In this document: piece after piece, positions 40,730 to 64,000 of the stretch
How positions within the stretch are numbered: position 1 is the first letter of the stretch
Layout of the letters: every line of letters starts with the position of its first letter
Assembly (NCBI GenBank): GCA_963693365.1
Contig: CAVNZM010000012.1
Coordinates: 2,542,001-2,606,000, forward strand
Source of the DNA: Amoebidium appalachense
Lineage: Eukaryota > Protista > Ichthyosporea
DNA length: 64,000 nt
Reading direction: 5' to 3'
The notes under the pieces: model-generated
The model's database searches: none
Seen by the model: only the letters and a program-made list of their open reading frames with translations
Told to the model about the DNA's origin: nothing
Translations under genes and position numbers: made by a program

Positions 40730-40931
40730 CATGCGTGTGCGCACGTGTGTGTGTGTGTGGTGGTGGTGGGGTAGGGGGAGGAGGGATTGATATAAGTTAT
40801 TACAGAAGAAGGGTGCATTCAAGCATCATCATCATGTCACGTGCTCCATGTGGCCCACATGCAGGAGGTAGCACAAGGTGGGACCACAGCACAGGGCAGG
40901 CAGGGCCCACCCATCCATATATGGGTCTGCC

Positions 40932-42245
40932 TTAACTCGTTGCCTGCAGATGACTACGAGCCGCCTGCATCATAGAAAAGAGCTAAGTCATGGTGTGCAA
41001 TAAGACCATACGCCCCCCTCCCCCCACATCCCCTCCCCCCCCCCCCCTCCCCCCCCCCCCCCCCCAAACCTCCCCCTTCCCCCCCGGGCGCCATACGGAA
41101 GAAAAACAAACAAAAAAACCGACACACGCGCAAAAGGCACACTTAGAGGCAACAAGAGAAACCCGCGCATACGCCTACAAGGATGGAAGTGTGCATTTAA
41201 TAAGGTTTGCATACACACACGGCGCCCGCAAGTGGCAATCACACACAATGGAAAGGCACACACATGCCAGCCCAGGTCTGGATTTCCATGCCCATGTTCG
41301 TGTGTGGGTGCACATGTGCTAAAACACAAACACACGCACATACATCCAATCCCCCCACCACTATAGGCGTGAGCATGCACAGGCACCCCCCCCCCCCTTC
41401 CCCCCTCCCCCCCTCCCCCCAGACCCACCCATACACACACACACACTAAACTGATTACCATATCACCCAAGTCCAACACCACACACACGCAGCACAAGCC
41501 TCCCCCCCCCCCCCCCCCCCCCCCCAAACACACAAAAACATCCCCCCCTCTCCCCCCTTGTTTCTCTTTCCCCCCCCCCAATCCCTTCCTTCCCCTACCA
41601 CCATACCTCACAACTCCCTTTACCCAATACCACAGCCATCCCACCCACCACACAAACGTACACACACACCCACACCACCAGCCACACATTGCCTGGACCT
41701 ACATCCATATCCTCGTAGTACTTGAGTGAGCGTAGTGCCGGCTCCAGCATGCATGGCCGGAGGTCAGGAAAGGTTGCACACAGTACCTCAAACAGAGGCA
41801 CGATCACAAACTTGATAAACCCGATCTGCGACTGGTGGGCCAATGAGACATTAGCAATTGCACGGGGTCAAACCATCCGTCCAGAGCTAAAAAAAGGACA
41901 CACCAGGGGAGTGCACACGAACACACACAAAAACACATATGCACGTACACCCACACACATCCCACCACATGGGCACAAAGACGACAGTTCAGATCCCGCC
42001 ACAGCCCTCAACTTTTGAATTATCCGCCACCCCAGTACTAGCTCCTAAAAAGGCTAATCATGCAGATCGTCCGATTTTCATTGGCCAACATGGTTGGCAT
42101 AGCGCAGCAAGTACCTTTGCCTTGTCTGTTTTCTCGCGGTCCATCATTGGTGCAAACGGTAGCCCCTTGGACTTTTCATAGTCGGCCTGCACATCGATGT
42201 TCAGTCAGCTACATGACGCGGAGTCTTACAATTCCACGAGTTAAC

Positions 42246-42286
<41 letters not shown>

Positions 42287-42484
42287 CCACCCACCTACCC
42301 ACCCACCCACCCACCCACGTACAGCCCATTGCAAGGGCATGAAGTCGACAGCCAGACCCCGAAAGTTCACAAACAAACACACCTAAGCACACAACCAGCA
42401 CCGCACAAAGGATAGCACCAAGAAGAAGGGGGGGGGGGGGGGGTAGGCTACTAAAGCACACCCGACAGACACCACCAAAGTCCG

Positions 42485-42533
<49 letters not shown>

Positions 42534-42678
42534 AGGGCACCTGTTGGTAGAACTCCTGCAGCAGGCGGTCTGCCCAGGGTTCGGCCACGGCTGCAGGCCT
42601 GACCTCGTTCGAGATATCGGCTGACTTGATGAGTATCTGCATCAACTGCAACACCACGCGGTAAGCTGACTTGTTACG

Positions 42679-42713
<35 letters not shown>

Positions 42714-43129
42714 GGGCCCCCTCCCTCTCCCCCGCCCCGCCCCTCTCCCCCTCTCCCCCCCCCCCCCCCCCCCCCCCCCCCCACCCACCCCCCGCCTACC
42801 AGCAGCCCGGCTTGTCTTCGTGCATGCCCAGGCTCCACAGGCGCCTTTTTTTTATATCCCCGCTTGGAAAAGGTCCATCCCCCATGCCCTCACCCCAACC
42901 CCAACCAACCTCTCCTTCCTGCCTGCGCCTCAGTCATTAACCCAATGCCACTCCATCTCCGAGCTCAACCCCTCCCCCCTTCTCTCTCCCTCTCCCTCTC
43001 CCCTCTACCGTCCACAATGCTATCAAATTCCGGCCATCACACTCTCGTCACGATTGCACAACAACAAAATGCCCATCAGAAAAATATGTTTAGCCGCCAG
43101 CCCCCCCCCCCCCCCCCCCCCCTTTCCTT

Positions 43130-43185
<56 letters not shown>

Positions 43186-44453
43186 AAACCAACCCACCCA
43201 AACACACACCTCCACACACTCACCCACCACCATTACACCCACCCATCCACCCAACCCAGCCAAACCGCATGAAACGAATCCACCGGGGAATGGCCACACA
43301 TACGCGAATGCGGTGTTCCCTTGTGTCGAGGGAGAGTGCAGGCTGGACCTGCTGGTATGCCTCGATGGTCTTGCGGTGCTGCTTCATGTCCGTGGCCAGG
43401 ATGCAGCTGATGATGGCCTGCCTAACGTCACGTGCGGCCTGTGCACTCATATTGCTAAGGAGGTTCGCCTGCGGCTGTGGGCCAAGGTGCTAGATTTAGA
43501 ACAATGCTACATAATGTTGCACACCAGGCAGGTGCTATATTTAGATCCATGCTACATGACGTTGCCCAGCAGGTTGGCCCGCGGCTGTGGGCCAAGGTGC
43601 CATATTTATTATTAAATCCATGCTACATGGCGTTGCCCAGCAGGTTGGCCCGCGGGGCCAATGTGCTATATTTAGATCCACGCTATATGACGTTGCCCAG
43701 CAGGTTGGCCAGCGGCTGTGGGCCAAGGTGCTCTATTTAGATCCATGCTACACCATGTTGGCTAAGCAGGTTGGCCTGCGGCTGTGGGCCAAGGTGCTAT
43801 ATTTAGATCCATGCTACACCATGTTGGCTTAGCAGGTTGGCCTGCGGCTGTGGGCCGTGGTTAATAAAATATACGATGCTGTGGTACGAGCCATCAATGT
43901 TGCTCTAGCCCTCATTTTACATGTAGACATGTAGTTGCTGAAAGGGTGGGTAGGCACGCACAGCTATGGTACGATTGATCACGTGCCTCTCTAACACGTG
44001 AAAAATTGCTGAGGTTGGCCAGAGTCGCTCCATGTTTCCTTCCATTCCACCACATTCCATACCATTCACTCTGTCCTCTATGGTTCCACCGTATTTCATT
44101 CCACCATGTCTCATTCTATTCCGCCACAATCCAGTGTTGTTCTCAGTGACTTAGTGATAGAATTTGCTTCATGAAGGGGCACACCCAGAAATCACAACTG
44201 GGCAAGTGCTGAGCAAAACAAATCCACACGTAGACCAGCACACAGGCACGAGCGCAGACACATGCACATGCCCATGTCAGCATGAATAGTATGCCCCATC
44301 ACACTCGTGCCCCTCAACACACACACACACCTTTCCATAGTCCCCCTGCACAAACACCCACTTGTAATTCTCATCGACCCTTACCTCCAGCTTTCCTGCC
44401 CGTCCACTCACACACACACAATCATTTTTCACTTTCCGTTTAGCCAGCACTCT

Positions 44454-44491
<38 letters not shown>

Positions 44492-44857
44492 ACATACAAC
44501 TGCAAATACCCAATACTCAATAAACGACAAACGTATGCAGCCATCACCAGGCAGTGCTAACCTCGCTGAGTATTTGGAAGGCCATGTAGCAGTGGTGGTG
44601 CTCCAGGGGAGACATGTCGTTGTAGCGCAGCGCTAGCTCCGTCTGAACACACACATACACAGCAATTAGCCTAAAATGCATGCATGGACGCCGAGACAAA
44701 ACCAAACCTATAGCCATGTTCAATTGTCATGACTATGGTGGGCAAAGGGAGAGAAAAGAGGGGGGAAAGGGCGGGAGCTCTTGGGTGTTACAGAGTACGA
44801 AGAACACATTCACGACGGACACCACCTTGTGTTTGTGTTTGTGTTTGTAAGAGCGTG

Positions 44858-44909
<52 letters not shown>

Positions 44910-45408
44910 GGGGGGGAGGGACAGGCATGCGAGAGAGCGGGAGGGCCACAAGGCTGCCCTTGAGGTTTCATTGTGGTACACATTATGGGGCACAAAGGCA
45001 CATTAAGTTAGAACAGGGTGCAGTACACAGTATCAGATGAAAACACAAAAAACACATGTGCATGCATTGCTGGTAGAAACCCATTTGACAAGTGGTTGGT
45101 GAAGAGAGGATGGGGGGATTTCACCATGCCAGTTCCCAAGGTCAAAATGGAAAAAAGAAACAAGGAAACAGAAACTTGTGTGCTTATATAGATGTAAACA
45201 GGCACATTAGGCACATGCAAAAGACACAGGGGCATGCACATGTTTGCTAACATCAATTAGAATCGTGGGAAACAGGGGAAAGGAGTCCGGCCATTTTCGG
45301 CCAGTTGCGCCAGATTGCGTAGGTTGTGCTTATGTGTGCTTTTGTGTGTGTGCCTGTGTGCCTGTGTAAGTGTGTGTGTGTGAGTGTGCGTATGTGTAGG
45401 AGGTGTGT

Positions 45409-45476
<68 letters not shown>

Positions 45477-45502
45477 CAGAGGTGTGTAGACGTGTGTGTC
45501 CC

Positions 45503-45546
<44 letters not shown>

Positions 45547-46010
45547 GAGTTTGTAAGTGGGGAGGAGGGGGAGGGGGAGAGAGGAAAAGAGAGGGAGGTA
45601 GAGAGAGAGAGTAGCCTTCCGGAATACGACTGGGTCTAAGGCACGACCCTCACATCGTGTACTATGGCTAGCGTCACGTCAGCTATTGGGATGTGCTCGA
45701 GATAAAAAGCTGTTATTAGTGCTTGCATATAGCGACATATTCATAGCAATATTTACACCACTGTGGCTTGACACCATGAATAAACACCACATATTTCCTC
45801 TAAAAAAAGGGGCCATGCATGCAAAAAAAGGGGCCATGCATGCACAAGCCAGAGCCAAGGTACCTGTGCGTTGATCTGGAAGTCGTTGTTGAACCCCGGG
45901 TGGTCCAGGTCGTGCCCACTCGACGCCACTGCACCCACCAAGCCATGGCGTTGGCAAGAAATAAAAAAAATCCGGTTCAAGCAAGACGCCCCCATCCCCC
46001 ACGACGCACA

Positions 46011-46057
<47 letters not shown>

Positions 46058-46451
46058 GCACAACAACACCACGACCACCACATCTTTGCATCCATCTACA
46101 AACCAGCCCCCCCCCCCCCCCCCCCCCCTCCCCCCTCCCCTCCCCCCCCCCCTCCCCACGCACCCACCAAGCCAACCACACACACACAGGACAACAAAAA
46201 GTAAACAAGGGATTTAGAGATAGAACAACTTCAATGGTTTACAGACACAAACCAACACAGTGCCCAGTGCCGGTGGGGGGGGGGAAAAAAGGGAGGGGGA
46301 AGGGTGAGCGTTGACTGGATGATACCTATCAGAGCCAAGATGTCATCGGGAGGCAGCTTCTCATAGAGTCTTGCCTGCTCGATCATTGCATACATCTGAC
46401 ACGGTCCACAGGTCAGCACACATGCAAACCTTGGACCACTGCCACACACAC

Positions 46452-46502
<51 letters not shown>

Positions 46503-46600
46503 GGGGCGCGCATCGAGATCGAGACACACATCAAATAATTCCGGCATCCTCACTTCTCCAGATCCCCCCCCCCCCCCCCCCCCCTCCCCCCCATCATCCC

Positions 46601-46639
<39 letters not shown>

Positions 46640-47131
46640 CCTTCTCCCCCCCCCCTCCCCCCCGTGGCGTAGGGGGAGGAGAAAAAAATGGAAAACCATA
46701 CACACATTCCACACGCATTTTGCACACAATGTGGTAAACTATTTCTGTCTGGCCGCAACATTCCTTCCAAACACAACTCCCTTGCACCCACCCACAGTCA
46801 ATTAACACATGCACAGGCCCAACCCGTTGGACCCACCATTTGTGTCACGCAGAAACAGTGGCTAAAATTATGGAACGGGTTGTTGTTGTAGTTTTGCCGT
46901 AACCTAATCACAAACGTCTGCAGTGCCGTTTTGTCGATGTTGAACCGCTCAACTAGCCCCAACTTGTGAAAGCTGCAAAAAACAGGACACCGTTAAACTA
47001 CATCCTCGATCCATCCCTGCCTTACAGCCCCATTCCGCCTTTCACTTGGCAGCTTTTCCACCTGCAATATGTATCCCCCCCCCCCCCCCCCCACCCCTTC
47101 CCCAACCCCACCACACACACACACATAAACA

Positions 47132-47203
<72 letters not shown>

Positions 47204-47715
47204 AATCCATAAACATGCCACCCCCTTGCCAACTCCTTTCACCCTGCTACTTCCCCCCTAGCTCACCTCCCTTAACCCCCCCCCCCCCCTCCTCCCCCCC
47301 CCCCCCCCCCTTATCATCATCACCTACCACCACCAGCACCACATCACTTACCCTACCTCTCATCACCAGCACCACATCACTTACCCTACCTCTCATCACC
47401 AGCACCACTGTTACCCCCCCCTCCTCCCCCCCTTCCCCCACCCCCGCGCGCCCGCCCACACACACAAGACACCACCACCAACGCCCCGTACACTCAGCCC
47501 AAAAACCTCCCCCCTCCCCCCCCTCCCCCCCCCCCCCCCCCCTTTTTCCCGGGCAGCCCCTTTTTCCCTTCCAATCCCAGATTCACGTGCTAAGTAGCAC
47601 CTGAACCACACAAGTACACAACATCCATTACATCGAGTATTGTGAACACACACGCATGCACCAATCCAAAGCATAGCGGCGGGCGGGCGGGTGGGGGGAA
47701 GGGGTGGTGTGTGTA

Positions 47716-47746
<31 letters not shown>

Positions 47747-47768
47747 GTGTGGGTGGGTGTGTGTGTGT

Positions 47769-47799
<31 letters not shown>

Positions 47800-48300
47800 A
47801 AGACGCACAAGTACTCGATCATGAGCATGATCTCTGCATCGGTCCAGGGCCAGTTACTAAAATCGGTGCGCTTCAATGCCTCCCGTGTCTCGGGCGTGAT
47901 GTCATCGACCGATAGCGACAGATACAGGTCGATTTGCTCGTTTACATGCTGCACCTGCTCGTGTTTCGTTATCCCCACACACAGGCAAACAGTGTCAGAT
48001 TCCGTTGGGCACTTCCTTAGACATGCACTACCCCCCCAAGCCCCCCCCCCTCCCCCCCCCTCTTCCTCCCCCGCCCCCAGTTAGATGGACTCTGGAATCG
48101 AATGCACCTCCCTCTCTCTCATCCCATAGTGCACCACACGGCTCTCTGTTTCCACCACCTAATTTCTCTCATCCGGCTTGCCACTTTCTTGCAATTCTTG
48201 CAACGATTCACATAATATACACGGTTGATGGAGCGTGCAATCACCCATAGCTGTTGCAGGTGGGGGAAAGTGAGAGAGGGAAGGCCGGGATTGGTTGGTT

Positions 48301-48353
<53 letters not shown>

Positions 48354-48863
48354 GGGGGGGAGTTAAACAGCACAAAGCTATGCAACTCAGACCCAATCCA
48401 CGGGCATAGCCTAACATGCATAAACACACACACAAGCTTCCGAGTGGTGCAAACATCTTAGGAGGATTCAGTGAGCCTGATAATGATAAGCATGAACCAC
48501 AACCAGGGGAGGAAAGGAGACAGAAAACGACGTACCTCTTGGGCCACTGTTCTTTGCTCCTGCTCTATGGGGAATGGTTTCCTTCTCTCCAGACCAAGCA
48601 GTGACAAATGCTCCGCATCCTGACGCAGAGAACATAAGGTTAGACCTACCCCAACCACATGCCCCTCCCCCCTGCCCCCCAAAGGGCATCCCAACCATTC
48701 CCCCCTCCCCCTTCCCCTCCCGCCTCCTCCCCCTCCCCCCTTTTCCAGAGCCCCCTATGCCCCCCCTTCCCCTCCCCCTTCTTCCTCTTTCAACACCTCC
48801 CCCCGCCCCTCCCCCCCCCCCCCCCCCCCCCTCACGCACACACACTCATGCACGGCTACCCAT

Positions 48864-48945
<82 letters not shown>

Positions 48946-49090
48946 CGGACCACAAACCAGACAAGCCCATTTCAAGTATCTCTACTTCACATCTTCACAT
49001 TTCGTTGACATGGGACAGTGCATGGGAGAGTGTGGGAACCTGCAAGTGGGGGAGAAGGAAAGACCAAGGTACGGAGGAATTTTTTGTGGA

Positions 49091-49151
<61 letters not shown>

Positions 49152-49316
49152 GGGGGAGGGGAGCGAGAGTGAGAGAGAGAGAAAGAGAGTAAGCAAGAGC
49201 GACAAAGAGAGTGTCTGTGTGTGTGTAAAACCAGCGGAAGGAGAGAATGTATCACGTCTTGGGAAGCAAAGGGGGGAGGGGGGGGAAGAGGGGGGAGGCC
49301 GGGTAAGAGAGAGAGA

Positions 49317-49362
<46 letters not shown>

Positions 49363-49508
49363 ACATCTGTGTGTGTGTGCATGTCCGTCTGTGTGTTTGT
49401 GCGTCTGTGTTTGTGTGTGACAGGAAAAGGGACAGCATGTGTATTTGAGCATGTGTAATTGGTGTAGGGAGCAGACGGAAGAGAGAATATATCACGTCTT
49501 GGGAAGCA

Positions 49509-49546
<38 letters not shown>

Positions 49547-51542
49547 GAGAAAGAGAGAGAGAGAATGTGTATGTGTGTCTGTGTGTGACAGGAGAAGGGA
49601 CGGCGTGTGTATTTAGGCATGTGTATTTCGAAAAGGTTTTGGGAGCAGAGGGAAGAGATCATGCGTCAGGGGGATTCTTTACATGGGAAAAAGGGGGGGA
49701 CAGGGAGGGGGAGAGAGAATGTTTGTGTGTCTGTGAGTGTGTGAGTGTGTGTATGTGTGTGTGTGTGTGTGTGTGTACGTGTGGGTCTTACCTCGAGCGA
49801 CCGTTTCAGCGTCTCCACTGATTGCCTAAAGTCCAGCAACAACGGCCCGGTCTGAGCTAAAAGGGCAGGCATACAGTCAGGGGTATAAATTGTATGAGAA
49901 TAGGTACGGCATGTGTGTGTGCGTGCGTGTGTGTGTGCCTGTGTGTACCTTTAACGTTCTTTGCCTGCATTTTCCTGCTGCCACATCATTTCTTTTCTTC
50001 AACTCCATACTTGCCCTCCCCCCCCCCCCCCCCCCCCCTCCCCCCCCCCACCACCACCACCACACACACACACACATACAAAACAACAACAACAAAACAT
50101 ATCTAGACATAAAATACCGATTCACACACTAAACACCACTACTGCCTACAAGGCATGCCCTAACCTTGATACTCGTACACGTTCTATTGATAAGGCAGAA
50201 AGGAATGCCTCACAAAAATGTGTGCAAAAAAAGATTCTGCCGGGTAATGCAGAGGGAAAAGAGACCTGTTGGGGAGGTTGGGGTTGGGTGGGGTGCTGTT
50301 TGGAGGGGGGGGGGGGGGGGGGGGGGGTAGGAGAGACGTGCAAGATGAAGGGGTAAAAGATGAGCGTTTACGACACGTCAACAAAGCTCGTGCTGTAGGT
50401 CACGGCAAAGAAGCGGAAGCAAGAGACAGTGTATACAATAGGTTTCTGACACACCTGTGTGTGTGTGTACATGTGTATGCCTATTGGGAAAGAGGAAAGA
50501 ACAAAGATGAAGGGAGCGGCCGGGGGGGGTGTGTGGAGGATGGGCTGATGGTGTGGGGAGGGAGGGGGAGGAGGGGTGACAGAAAAGAAGACACCGTGCA
50601 AGCTCCACACAGCCAAAAATGCATGTGTGTGTGTGTGTGTGAAACTAGCCGCACTTACCACTTGGGCCGTTCATACTATTTTGTGGCGTCCCTGCATGTT
50701 TGCTAAGATCTTCCACCAGTTGTGAGCAATGACCGATAACTCTTGCCAGGCGTGCTCTTTGAACCATAACATCTGCCAACCACCGAGTCAGTAACAAGCA
50801 GCCTTACGACAGCCTAACCGGTTGGCTAAGGTGTTATCAGAGATATTTGAAAAAACATACCTGAATAGCATATCTCGCTGAGCTGGGACACTAAAGGGCA
50901 AGCATGAAGGGCAGCTCAGGCTGAATGCGAGTTAACCTTCCCAAAAAAAGTCCATCCAGAAGCACGCATCAGCACGGAAATAAAGGAAGGAAGGGCACAT
51001 ACCTCTACCGCTGTAGGGCTCGACTATATCAAGTGTGTGGCGAGATTTTGGTGTATTTGCCGGCACAGAAGGCCCCACAGGAAGGAGGGCACCATCTTGG
51101 CCTGCACAGACACCGCATGTTAACAAGCTAACAAATGAATAGTCCTTCACAACCCAGCCAAGACACAGCCAATACAAGCAATCCTAGACTGGCGGAGCAT
51201 TGTGTGAGGTGCACCCTTACAACCAGCAGATGGTGACCAACCAGTAAGAGCAGTCAGGTTGAACTAGCACCTGTATTTGCAGTGCTGCCAGGCAGTTAGT
51301 TGCAGACACGAAAATAGAGCAGGCACAATCTTAATCTATTCAGGGGGGTAAAAAAAATATACACAGCTCAGGCCAGACAGGGAGGGAATAGCCAGCATAG
51401 TACCTCTTAGTGTTAATATGGCATCAACAGGTGCGGCAGCGGCCGAACGAAACGCGGACACAACGGAATCGTGGGAATCACTTGCAGAAAACACAACTTG
51501 CTCGTCTTTCCCTCGCACAACGACATATATAGTCTTCTTCAT
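40932..51542 (-). CDS. PDE9: cGMP-specific 3',5'-cyclic phosphodiesterase, PDE9-like
   Basis: N-terminus [19 protein letters not shown]...[12 protein letters not shown] resembles the PDE9A N-terminus. Catalytic exons: [62 protein letters not shown]...[33 protein letters not shown]. Probable stop TAA at 40934-40932. Confidence 0.92.
43468..43858. repeat. 66-bp tandem repeat made from a PDE9 3' splice site plus exon start
   Basis: About 6 copies of GCGGCTGTGGGCCAAGGTGCTATATTTAGATCCATGCTACA...GCAGGTTGGCC; the terminal copy is the real acceptor of the [10 protein letters not shown] exon. Confidence 0.85.
49240..49725. repeat. Degenerate ~240-bp intronic tandem duplication
   Basis: gagagaat(g/a)tatcacgtcttgggaagca and gtgtgacagga(a/g)aagggac each occur twice (~49241/49481 and ~49414/49583). 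Confidence 0.6.
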
Positions 51543-53426
51543 GTTTTCGGTGGCCTTCCAAGGCTCGCCCAGGTGCCCTGATGGTCAAGTCAGCCGTTAT
51601 TCAACCAAGCATACCAAGAAGGTAAGCCAAAACCAACAACTCTCAAGGAAGGTTTATGGCTGACATGCGGGTAACCCACACACAGCGGAGTGCAATTCAA
51701 GTGAGGTAAGTGTCTTTTTATAGTGTAAAAAATCTTGAAGATGTGCCCTTTAAAGTCGAATTATTTTCAGTTTGTACACAGCAGTCTTGTGAGCACGATG
51801 GTACTTGCTGATCGACACAGTAATAGCTTCTTATATAGCGAAATGAGAGCTACAATGTGGCTGAGAGAAAAGGTTGCTTACCTCTGGCAGCCGGCGTGGA
51901 CACAAGGCGAAGATCAGACGGAAACCATATTGGGGTATATTAATAGTTATGTCTATTTCCAAGCACCGGCCGCTAAAGCTTATTGGCCTTTCTTGAAGCC
52001 TTTTGAAAATCCTCGTGGTAGCTTGGTTTGCTTTTTCAAACTGTACATAAAAGGCTTAACAAACTGACGGCCCAGGGTTGGCACGCATAAACAGCCTATT
52101 CTCTTGCGGAGGATTAGAGAAATGCCGGAGAATTATCACTATTAGCTCCTTCAGTAAGTAATGAGGCTCTATAGCAGTGCTCTTTCTTTCATGCTAGCCT
52201 AGGCAGCAAAAAAATTCGACAAAAAATGCACGCTGTGAATCGTTTCGCTATTCCTAGATTCAAAAAATTTTTTCTATAACGAGCTTATCAAACAACATAC
52301 TCTATCCCTTACATCTATCTAAACTGTCTATCTCTAAACACAGGGGAGAAGCATAATAGAAAAGCTTGTATGATAGGCACTAAGAAACGAAAACGCAACT
52401 CCCAAGGCAGCCTCAAAGGGCGACTTTGGGTGTCCTTCAGGACGAAACGTTACACCTTCATTCTGCTGCGTGAAACTAAATTTTATGAATACTTATAATA
52501 ATTTAACAAACAGTAGACTGTTTAAGATGATTTTCTAGAGTTTATAGAGCAAATTGATTGGACCAAATCGTAATAAGATTTAGAAGTTTTGGTACATCGG
52601 CCTCGATGAGCCACATACGGTTATGTATGTACATGTACCTGTTCGTGTGAAGCTGTAGCATAAATTGTGTGCCAAATACAACTTGGGCCCCATAATTATT
52701 GCAGTAATAAATAGCAGAGTATTGTGATACTATTCCTTCTGAGCCAAATATAATATAATCACTCGACGGTTACAGCGATGGTTTCACAAACATGATGCAT
52801 TGGGCCCAGCGGAACTGAGTCCGAACCGGCGAATCCAATCCACTGCGTGCCGATCAAAACGGGTCGATTCCGGATCTTCAAGATCGGATGTGGTCCTTGT
52901 GCCTCTCCATTAGGTGAAAATGATGAGAGGCACTACTAGCACATAGCTGTGTATACATATATTTTCTGATGCAAAATGCTACCATAACTTCAAAAAGCTG
53001 TAGCGCAAACCTGTCATTATAGGTTCTTTCAACTGTAGACCTTCAATTCTTTATTCGCGAGCCATCGGCGGCGGCATGGCCCATGACAGAACCGTTAGGC
53101 CGAATTTGTTCTGACTCGAATCGGAAAGTATTGGCGCCAAGTTGACCTCCGGCATTCCAAGGACACCGTTTCGTTCGCGCCACACACAAACAACAACTGC
53201 AGCTGACACAACACTCCGCCTCCTCACCCTTTTGCTGTGTAAATTTGTGCGCTTAGAGGGACGCTGACGTCATGACTTGCTGAATTGCAGCAGCAACCCT
53301 TCTAATATGATCATTTTGTGGTTGCTACTTCTTAGACATTACATTCCTACTCTGCGACTGTGATAGTACTAAGTAAGTAATGCACGCTCAACACTCACTA
53401 CGGTACAGTTGTGTAATAAACAAACT

Positions 53427-63817
<10,391 letters not shown>

Positions 63818-64000
63818 GTATGCATCGGCCGTTGGATCCAAAGAATGTTTTCTGACTGCGCGCTGATGTTGGTTGGGGTGGGTTTGGTGAATGGATAGAC
63901 CGTTGGGAACGGGGTGACAAATTGGGGTTGCTTATGCACCTTCCATTATCCTATGGCGAGATCCGTATATTGGGTAGGAAATGTCATGGGTCTGACTGTT

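Noticed and set aside
43468-43858. 66-bp periodic repeat as CRISPR repeat+spacer
   Set aside because: The whole unit is conserved and derives from the PDE splice junction.
52432-52448. GTCC-TTCA-GGAC-GAAAC resembling hammerhead stem II + GAAA
   Set aside because: No CTGANGA upstream (CTTTGGGT instead) and no convincing stems I or III.

Overview
Eukaryotic, intron-rich genomic DNA, most likely from a protist (PDE9-like and SHIP-like genes hint at an opisthokont/holozoan; this is an inference). Introns are packed with poly-G/poly-C runs and (CA)n/(GT)n tracts, which generate nearly all of the Pro/Gly/Val-Cys/His-Thr ORFs in the six-frame track. Spliced genes I reconstructed by hand, left to right: a small glycine-zipper protein (-); an inositol polyphosphate 5-phosphatase with apparently broken catalytic-core exons (-); a WD40/beta-propeller-like protein (-); a U6 snRNA gene (+); a Zn-ribbon short-chain dehydrogenase (-); a secreted Cys-rich/EGF tyrosinase (+); a PDE9-like phosphodiesterase (-); and a SETD2/Set2 H3K36 methyltransferase (+, runs out of the window). 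Mobile DNA includes TTAA- and TA-flanked MITE-like elements and a Penelope-like RT remnant with a possible decayed hammerhead ribozyme. The most unusual signal is a short (~100-150 bp) interspersed repeat family with ~14 intronic copies. Most copies are bracketed by G-runs, none shows TIRs or a poly-A tail, and every copy I could assign has the same orientation relative to its host gene. Exon boundaries were read by eye and are approximate; no database searches were run.
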